From Octopus vulgaris (lineage: Eukaryota): a DNA stretch of 64,000 nucleotides. The notes under the pieces were generated by a model that saw nothing but the letters and a program-made list of their open reading frames with translations, was not told the DNA's origin and ran no database searches. This document shows, one piece after another, positions 54,467 through 64,000 of the stretch (its first letter is position 1; every line of letters begins with the position of its first letter). Made by a program: the position numbers and the translations under genes. The stretch lies in contig OX597815.1 in the NCBI GenBank assembly GCA_951406725.2, forward strand, positions 198,338,001-198,402,000, in the 5' to 3' direction.

Positions 54467-56625
54467 TTCTCCTTATATACTCACCTAATCATAGAAATAA
54501 CGATATTGTTAATTATAATGGCTCTTTCCAATTTTGGTTTCAAATATTGGCACAAAGCCAGAATATCCAAGAAATAGGATAAGTCGATTATATCGACCAC
54601 AGTCTTCAATTGGTACTTATTTTATCGACCCCCCAAAAATGACAGGAATTGTCGACTTCGGTGGTGAACGTAAAGAGCGAAATGCCGCTAAGCATTTTGT
54701 CCGGCGTGATAACGTTAGGTTCTTTCTAATTCTATCGCAGAGGCACAACTTGTTCTTAGAAGTAGGCGATAAAATTCACCATGTCTGCGTCACACTAAAC
54801 GTCATAAATGTTTAAACCAAGTTTAGTTGAAAAGCCGCACCCACCTGTTTCTATTTGAGCGATAATAGATGTTTCAGGGGACATTTTAAACTCACGCAGC
54901 GGTATAAAACCGACGTTTGGACAGTTGCAGCGAGAAGATCTTTCTCCTCTCAGTTTTCATAAAAGAAGAGCAGCATGTTGAAATTTCGCTCCTTTAACTC
55001 CGACAAAAATTGTGCAGAATGCCCTTACGGACAAATACACTAGCGTAAGAAGCCTTGATGTTGTTGCAGTTGATGATGTTGCTACAGGTGTTATTGTTCC
55101 TTGTTACTTTTCCCTGCTTCTGTTGCTAATAATGTTGCTGCTGTTCTTTTTATTGCTACTCTCATTTGCCATCTTAGCAATGGTTCAGTGGTTTTGAATT
55201 TTGAACCGTCCAATACCGTCTTGATTCTACTGTTGGATTTATTAAAGTTGTTTTTGTTGTTGCTATTCTTTTAGCTGCCACTGATATTTGATGCTGTGGA
55301 AGTAGTGCATTTATTTAGACTTTCAACTATTAAGAGTTGAATTTCGTTCTCCCCTCATTCCAAGTACCCTTGTCTTTCGTTTGACTCAATCTCGAAGGTG
55401 GAAGCAATTGTGTAAAATCTATTGTTGTTTTACTATTTTTGTATTCAAAACGTATTTGGAAAAACTTCTAATAAATTTGAAATTCACGGAAGAGGGTATC
55501 AAAAAGGTTGACTAATCTTATATATTTAGCTTAACAATCTAAAATGCTATATAACAAAATTGCGACGATTTACAACTGTTGGGTATATAAAAGAGTGAAC
55601 ATTTTATGCCAGCTGCTCCACTCACCTTATCGCTCTCACCACGACAACGACGACCACAACAAAATTATTAACAATAAAAGCACAAATAGTAGTAATAATG
55701 ATTTTTCGTTTTGCAACCATAGGAATAAGGTCTAAAATCTCTGAGGGTGGGTATTGATTACATCAACGTAAGTACATGACTGATACGTATTTTATCGAAC
55801 CCGATGGTAAACGGTTGCGAAATTTGAACTCAGAACGTAATGCCGGACGAAGTGCCACTAGGTTTTTGTCCAGTGTGCCAACAGTCCTGCCGGTTCGCCG
55901 TCTCTATGGAAATAATAATGTTAATAATAATAGCGACGAGGAGACGACAACGACGATGATGATGGTAATGATGATGATGATGATAAGGAGTTGGTCGATT
56001 AAATCGACCCCAGAGCTCAATTGGTGGTTGTTTCATCGACCCCGAAAAGATGAAAGTCAAAGTCGAACGCAAGAATCATTTGGACAACACAAATCCAAAG
56101 AAATATTCTCTTACATAAACAACAGAAGACCTGCAGAAAATAAATGTACGAGTGTAACGATTATATATTATAAATAACAATATATTCACAAAGAGGAAAA
56201 TATTACACATTGCCCGATAGACTATAAAACAACATGTGGCATTGTATTGCGCTCATCGATCCTTGAGGCACTGGGGATGTATATTTTATCATTATTGATT
56301 ATAGAATTCATGGAATGTAACATGGCAGAATGGAAAACTAATATGATAATAAATCACATGTTAGGTGAACTGCAATCTGGTTCGATTGATATAATATCGC
56401 TAATTTTCAAGTAGACACGTTTTCATAATATTTATTTTCTCTATTTCCTTCACCATGTAGACAAATTTACAATAGTACAGATAGTGGCTTCATGGTTGGA
56501 TAGCCTTTCTTTAAGCATTTCCTGTACGTTATGACATCGTGTTAAATACCAGCTATATGAAACAGGCTTCGGCTGTTAAAATTAGTACGTATTAAATTGA
56601 ACTCATGTTTATAATAATGGACATA

Positions 56626-57212
56626 AAACTTAGATAAACTTAGATGTTTCGACCAAATATTGGTCCAGGCCATGTCTAAACTTAATAGCACCACCTGATA
56701 GGATTATTCGAATCCTGTTTAAGTCAAGTTTTGTTTAAGTCAAGTTTTGTTCAAGTAGTGAGTTCTTGTTGGGTGATTTGTATCCAGTTTTGTTCAAGTA
56801 GTGAGTTCTTGTTGGGTGAGTTGTATCCAATTATGGGTGGCTTATCTGGTATTCTTTGAAGGAATCTATCCAGACTCTGTTTAAAGTTGATGGGATCCTT
56901 TTCCTCTTTGATCTCCCTCGGGACAATGTTAAATAGGGCAGGGCCTGTTGAGGAAAAGAAATTATGTTGCAGTGTACATGTATGTTGTGATCTTGAATTG
57001 GGCACGGGACGTATAGCCCGTGGTCCAAGTCTTGGATGAACCTTGAAGCTAATGTTTAGGTCGTTTGGGCAAAGTTGGCGGTATATTTTCCACATCGTAC
57101 AAATGATGTACCGCTCACGGCGACGCTGGAGGGAGTAAAGTTTCAAGGCTTTAAGGCGATCCCAATAATCGAGAGCAGCCATGCCTTCAATTTGTTTAGT
57201 GAGAGCCCTCTG
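56626..57212 (-). mobile_element. 3' fragment of the same CR1/L2-group LINE (ORF2 C-terminus, 3' UTR, tandem tail)
   Basis: ORF 56751-57182 reads DYWDRLKALKLYSLQRRRERY...GPALFN...FKQSLDRFLQRIPDKP. Tail aaacttagat x2; UTR matches 18853-18930. Confidence 0.92.
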
Positions 57213-58061
57213 ATAGGAATTAATATGTTTTTAAAATATTGGGAATTCACAGAAGTTGAACATAATTGACGCACTAGAGAGAAAGAACTAATACAGACAG
57301 TTTATTCGTCCCCCTGCAATGCGTAAACAAATGCAAAATCCATTGCTGCAGAAGACGATATAATCAGGTCACGGAAACAGTTGTGTAATATGAGCGTAGC
57401 ACGATTCTCTTGCATGCGTTATTACACGTAGATAACGAGATGGAGAGTAATGCACACTAATTGATGTAGTGTTTTAAAGGACTATTACAGCAAGAGAAAA
57501 AGTCTACAGATATTAATATAAGTAATATAATTAATGAAAATGAGTATCTCACATACTTATTGCCGTAGGCATTTTATCACTTCTTAAAGAATTATCGGTA
57601 TAATCATATCAAGCGCGCGAATTGATAAAATCGTTAGCGGATCGGGTAAAAAATGCGTAGCAGTATTTGTTCCGGCTCTATTTGCTCTGAATTAAAATGC
57701 AGCCGGACTTTACTTTTCCTTTCATCTCTTCAGGATCGTTACCTTGAACACCGCAACGGACCGGCGACTTGTTTAGGGTTTATGGTAAAATTTCGGTCAT
57801 CTATACCTATATGAAACGGTTAATCTTAGGCTGAAATGTGTTTTGTTTTTCTAATGTAATCGGATTAATTTGTAAGGAATGATAACTGAATGAGTATATA
57901 AGATGTTAGCGTACATATATACGATGTGACAAAAATGTCCGGGTTTGACTTTATTATAAAATGCTGAAGATCGAAATCTAATACAATAATTACCGAAATT
58001 GACTGAATAGCCAAGAAAAAGTGCTCGTTCAACTCGAATTATAAAGATTATTTTAATAGTT

Positions 58062-58483
58062 TACTCTTATACTCTTTTTATTTGTTTCAGCCATTTGACT
58101 GCAGCTATGCTGGAGCACCGCTTTTAGTCGAACAAATCGACCCCATGATTTATTCTTTGTAAGTCTGGTACTCATTCTATCGGCCTCCTTTCCCGAACCA
58201 CTAGCTTACGGGGACGTAAACACACCAGAATCGGTTGTCAAGCGATTTTGTGGGGGGTGGGGAAGCACAGACACACAAACATATACATATATAGACGACA
58301 GGCTTCTTTCAGTTTCTGCCAACCAAATCCACTCACGAGACTTTGCTCGGTCCGAGGCTCTAGTAGAAGACACTTGCCCAATGTGCCACGTAGTGAGACT
58401 GAAACAGGAACCATGTGGTTTCAGTAAGAAAGCTACTTACTTTCAGTAAGCAAGCTACTTATCACACAGCCAAACCTACGCCT
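58062..58483 (-). mobile_element. SINE family A, diverged, with 22-bp tandem duplication in the head
   Basis: Homologous to 29481-29910; tttcagtaag(a/c)aagctactta x2 at about 58419-58462. Confidence 0.88.
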
Positions 58484-58745
58484 ATGGAACAATTAAGCCA
58501 ATTATAGTCCAAGTTAAGAAGTAGTAAGGATTGTGAGGAGAGATGCAGGTAAAATCAAAAACTGACGAGGAATATAACATTTAGCGAAAGTAACCATTGT
58601 CTGATAAGAACATTTTAAAGGAATATGATAGGGCAAATTATATAATGGAATCTTCTGTACTTAAGTAGTTGAAAATTTTCAATAGTTTAATAGGATAATT
58701 TTTAGCAATAGTAATTTGAAAACACAAAATCACAAGTTTTGTGAT

Positions 58746-59085
58746 GGCACATGGCTCAGTGGTCACATCCTCTGTCTCACAATCACGAGTTAACGAGTTC
58801 GATTCCCGTGCCGGATTGCATGTTGTGTTTTTGAGCAAGACACTTTATTTCACGTTGCTCCAGTTTACTCAGCTGTAAAATTAAATTGCGACGTCAATGA
58901 ACCATGCTATATCGGCCTTTGCCTTTCCTTTGGATAACAAGGATAACATGGAGAGGGGAGGCTGGCATGCATGGACGACTGCTAGTTTTCTGTAAAAAAA
59001 CGTTGCCGGACTTGTGCCTCGGAGGGTAAGTTTCTACATGCAATCCCATGGTCATTTATGACCGAAAGGGCTCTTTTCTTTGTGA
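58746..59085 (+). mobile_element. tRNA-derived SINE family C
   Basis: A box tggctcagtgg, B box gagttcgattcc, then ttgagcaagacactttatttcacgttgctccag. Related fragments at about 13250-13280, 27760-27990 and 34190-34330. Confidence 0.8.
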
Positions 59086-59547
59086 AAGGGTTGTAAACGA
59101 TTTAATCGGACGAAGAAAGAGATGGATGACGAGTAAAATTGTCCTTACGGACTGAAACTTATTTTGTGGCATGTACAGATACTCTATCAATCCGTTGATC
59201 GCTTGATAAGGAGAATAAACAAACCCATACAAATAATTTGCAGTCGAGATAAGCAAATCAACGGAAGACAGAAACAATGTTTCCACTCCAGCGAGGATAT
59301 AACAGCAATCACTGCATTGATATGTACAGGAGATTCTAAAAGAGTTAGAAACTACAAAACTGAAGTGAACACACAAATAATCTATAGGCATTAGAATACA
59401 TTGAAGTTTCCCACAAAATATCCGAAAAATATAATCAAATCGCATTATAGTAAAACAGAAAAATACATACTGAAGCAATATTCTCAAAATGAAGATATAA
59501 AATGAAAAATAAGTGTAAGCAGCAGCAGCAGCAGTAGCAGTAGCGGT

Positions 59548-59621
<74 letters not shown>

Positions 59622-59685
59622 GTTGTGGTGAGGTAGGGGAGTAGAAGGGGGAGGAAACGGAAGATGATGGGGAAACAGGAGAAAT

Positions 59686-59907
59686 ATATATTTCTTTACA
59701 ACCCACAAGGAGCTAAACACAGAGGGGACAAACAAGGACAGACAAAGGGATTTAGTCGATTATATATCGACCCCAGTGTTTCACTGGTACTTAATTTATA
59801 GACTCCGAAGGGATGAAAGGCAAAGTCGACCTCGGCGGAATTTGAACTCAGAACGTAGCGACAGACGAAATACTGCTAAGCATTTCGCCCAGCGTGGTAA
59901 CGTTTCC
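59686..59907 (-). mobile_element. SINE family B copy with extended tail
   Basis: ggatgaaaggcaaagtcgacctcggcggaatttgaactcagaacg; the tail cccacaagg..ctaaacacagaggggacaaac is shared with 41614-41761. Confidence 0.85.
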
Positions 59908-62232
59908 TTGGTGTAAATGGAGGAAAACACACGCTTAGTCATGCATAGCTGTACGCTGAGAACTAACTCCACGAAGCATAATTTTTGTATAGGTTAAAAT
60001 TTATGATAATATTCCTGTAGATAAAGTTAAGCATATAAAAATTTTAGCGATTGGGTATCAAGAAAAAATGGATAATGACCCTCAAATATTCCCAAATCAA
60101 ACTTGTCACAAACAAGCCTGGCAATACATGGACTCATGTGAATCTGGCTAAAATCTTTGGCAGAATGATGTCCTTCTAAATATTGAAATTAGTGTTTCTG
60201 TTTTCATATGGTTTGGATGGAATGAATATTACTGGCCATGCTTATGCAATCCCTACGAAACGTTAGACATCTTTAGCGTTAAAATATCTCTTGGCCAGTT
60301 CCTGCGACACAGTTTAGAGACAATAGGGAGAAGCATATTTAAGGGAATAACCAAAGCTCTGAGTAGAAAGAGCCGGGTGTTTTTCTTAGGTTAAGACTTT
60401 TGGAAGACAAAATATACTTGACGATAGAAGACGAGTAAGTTGTTACTGTTGGCTGGAGGTGGCACGTGGTAATTCTGTTCAGCCAGTTCTATTATTGTTA
60501 AAAAGCTAAATTAATGAAATAGCATGCCTGCAGAATACACTGGGAATAATGTTTGTATATCAAAATATCAAGCTTTTGAGAGGCTTTTCCTTGTATACAT
60601 TCTAAGATGTATTTTTGTTGTAGCAGTAGCATCGACTCAGAATGAGGAGCATTTTTCTCTTTTGTAGAGAGCTTTTAGTTATACACGTTCACAGTGTATC
60701 CGTACTATGTGTGTGTGTGTGTGTGTGTGTGAGTGTGTGTGTGAGAGAGAGAGAGAGAGAGGGAGAGAGAGAGCATTGTTATACATGCATATGAATAGTC
60801 CATTGATTTGTTTGCTTATTATATTCTTCGTATCAAACAATATATAAGATTTCACCAAGAGACGAAATACGCTGCTTTTCAAACCTTTTTATGCAGTAGG
60901 TGAATTACATCAAGGCACCTTCGTCAGAACTTCCGACACCGACCTTTCTTCTGCATCTACAGTTTTGCATAGCCTATTATCTCTGATATTTCAATTATTA
61001 TTTTCAAACTGGTAGCCACCCTCCATTCTCAAATAATGATATTATTTAGCATCAATTCCCGATATATTTTTATAAATGCATATGCATTAAAAACGAACAG
61101 CGTAAATATTATTCCGTAATATCCTTTCAAGTTGTATATATATATCTTCATCAATCATTTCATATGGCATATGCTTCTGGGTAATAAAAGTATATGCATG
61201 CCATGTTACATAAAGCATTGTACATCAGAATAACTAACCTAATTAACACATGAATGTTACTAGATCTATGAATCTTTCGGTTCACTTCCAAAACTTCCTA
61301 CTCGGTAAACTACTGACTTCTAATTGTATTTGCGGAAATTGTGTGACGAATAATTAATAGGATATTCTTAATTTGAATAGGATATTTAGATACTATCATT
61401 ACAAGATAATTCACATAAACCAAGGGATAATTTATAAATCAATGCAATTTGCGTTAAATATACTTCTTAAGAATATGACTTTCGTATGTAGCATCAGCAA
61501 TAATCTACATTAATAGTAAAATTTCTTCCCTTGTCAGTTTGAAGAAATTTTGCAGTAGAATGGTGTAAGTGTCCTTATAAGCCATAAGTAACGAGAATAT
61601 GAAATGTCAAGACAGATAAACTAATGTAAATTCTCTTCTAAACTACGGACAATAGCGTATACTCATGATCTCCGAAACAATAGAGCAGAGCTACCATCAT
61701 ATTAATAAGTTAATGTACGAAGTAGGTGACAAAAATCGATAGCATCATTTCTCTTTTTCACTCTTCTTGAATAAAAACGTGAACAGGCTGAAATCGTTTC
61801 ACTGATGGACAATTATTTACCGGTCATCATAGAAAATGTTCAAATATCCTGCTTTAGTTTTACATAATCTGCCAGTTGTGACATTCAATAACACTCGCCA
61901 ACAATTACTAAACAATTACTCATTAGGTTTCATATCGATTTATATCATTGATGCACGAAAGTATAAGCGTAGATTATAGCCGATAAAAGTAACCTGAGTA
62001 TTTGGATAGCCTGTTATTTTGTTGGCACAAGAAGGATGAAAGGCAGATTTGATTTTGGAGGGATTTAGATACTAACATAAAACAGATACGTGCATTAACA
62101 CAGATATACAGACATTTATATGTGGTGTTAGAACTAGAATTAACTGAAATCACCCCATTGTTTTTAGAGAAGCATAACTTCAAGACAGAAAGATAGATAG
62201 ATGGATGGATAGAGAGATAGATAGAGAGGGAG

Positions 62233-62306
<74 letters not shown>

Positions 62307-63048
62307 TTAGATAGATAGATAGATATATAGATAGGGATAATTGACTTATAATATTTATCGTAGATATTCATTGCTTTATATTTAACGCAAGTGGTGAAGT
62401 CACAAAGTTTAATATCCTTAGCTACAACTTGTTCAACGGCAGTAATTTTACGTGCGCGCAAATAAACCAGTAAACCTGCTTTTTCTCTTTCGTGCATATT
62501 ACTAAATAATAGCCTCGATGACATGCAATGAAACAAGTATATCTTTTCCTCATTAATCATAACACTAACCAACGCTATCAGTTCTGTTTAGCTGTATGTT
62601 ACGTTTCATACTAGGTCCATTATGCATTTAAATTTTGATGCGCTTCCATTACATTTAATATTGTTTTAAACCACTGCGTTCAAAACTGTTCAAAACACAC
62701 AAACATACAAATGCATATAAACTTAAGTACATGTATGTATACATTTTAACACCAGGCCTGCTATGGAAAAATACATTTGTTTCGATGTTGTAAATTTGTT
62801 TTCCTTTTCTACTTATTTTTCACTTCTCTATCTTATACAAAAAGGATCCTTAGATTCACTTTTGTTACAACTGTCAGTGTATTTATTTTCCTTTTACTAT
62901 TCGTTCGTCCATTATTGCTTTCTCGTTTATTAGGTTATGAATCGCTTTCCTCATTCCTTGTATTAATATTTTTCGTCACCTTAGGCCCCTTAAAATCACT
63001 TGTTTGCTTGGTGCTATTTATTTCTGCCTCTTTCCGTGTGTGTGTATA

Positions 63049-63151
<103 letters not shown>

Positions 63152-63198
63152 GTGCGTGTGTGTATGTATATGTATATATATATATACATATATATATA

Positions 63199-63599
63199 AT
63201 AAATATTAGGGAATAAATCCAAATTTACAGGGAAAAAATCAGATTTAGGATTAAATCCAATTTTATAGTAAAATATTATAAAATATTATTAGAGACAAAA
63301 CCACTATTTTGCAAAACAAACAAGGAAAGACTTAATCAATACATAAAATTTTAATAAATAGTCAAAAAACCGCCACTACAATTGTTTCTTGTCTTGATCG
63401 ACAATCTTCAGTGGATTCAATAAGTCAGTTTCAAATTATGAAACTGACTTATTGGAAGTCCACCTGAAGATTGTCGATCAAGACAAGAAACAATTGTAGT
63501 GGCGGTATTTTTGACTATTTATTAAAATTTTATGTATTGATTAAGTCTTTCCTTGTTTGTTTTGCAAAATAGTGGTTTTGTCTCTAATAATATTTTATA
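63199..63599. mobile_element. TA-flanked element with fold-back palindrome 63277-63599 carrying two divergent HHRs
   Basis: Centre gtcagtttca-aatta-tgaaactgac; ~160-bp arms with a few indels. The left arm extends to the (TA)n at 63198. Confidence 0.92.
63460..63502 (+). ncRNA. Canonical-core minimal type I hammerhead ribozyme
   Basis: CCAC-CUGAAGA-UUGUC-GAUCAA-GACAA-GAAA-CAAUUG-UA-GUGG: perfect stems I and II, palindromic ACAAUUGU stem III, GUA triplet. The mirror copy on the minus strand at 63373-63414 lacks one C of stem I. Confidence 0.9.
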
Positions 63600-63614
63600 C
63601 ATATATATATATAT

Positions 63615-63937
63615 AATTAGTGAATGGAAGAAATGGAGCTGAACGAAGATTCTACAGAATTCCTTTTATTACATTATACACATGTTTCAAAGGCCACAAA
63701 TTTCCAAATTCTGATTGAATAAGGATACCATATTGCAGCTTTCTCTTCAGGAAAATCCAGGAATTACGATGTCCAAACAACACAAAGGCGCAGCAAGCAA
63801 CACGAACAAGAACGCTCCCTAGGAGCCCATGAAGTGGGGGTAAACTCCAACCGTGTTTTTTCTGCTGTGATTTTTGCTACCCAGGTATCGGTTAAACTTT
63901 TGAATAATATGTAACAAGATAATTCATCTTTCCATTT

Positions 63938-63943
<6 letters not shown>
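63615..63943 (-). mobile_element. TA-flanked element with degenerate long-stem-II HHR (63676-63754)
   Basis: Minus strand reads CUGAAGA-GAAAGCUGCAA-(loop)-UUGUGGCCUUU-GAAA-CAUG-UG. Stem II and the ACAUGU palindrome are intact; stem I and the triplet are decayed. Confidence 0.55.
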
Positions 63944-63969
<26 letters not shown>

Positions 63970-64000
63970 GAATATATATACATATATATATAATGTTTAT

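Noticed and set aside
60100-60500. Possible L1/Tx1-like RT relic (also 400-760)
   Set aside because: Similarity too faint and fragmented to call by eye.

Overview
Very AT-rich, microsatellite-dense eukaryotic non-coding DNA. The SINE repertoire and (TA)n/(TG)n/(GATA)n density point to an octopus (cephalopod) genome; this is an inference. No intact protein-coding gene is supported, and nearly all ORFs in the track are microsatellite artefacts. Conventional content: several tRNA-derived SINE families, two CR1/L2-type LINE remnants, a decayed mariner transposase and a probable Penelope GIY-YIG tail. The main unexplained signal is a dense set of short elements, mostly sitting in (TA)n tracts, that carry minimal type I hammerhead ribozyme (HHR) folds with palindromic stem III. 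I count about 12 motifs from about 9 sequence families. They occur as fold-back palindromes, as a 1.48-unit tandem, and as a tRNA-headed SINE with an HHR tail. Alongside these are TA-centred fold-backs and locally templated inverted duplications of ordinary flanking DNA. All folds were read by eye, not computed.
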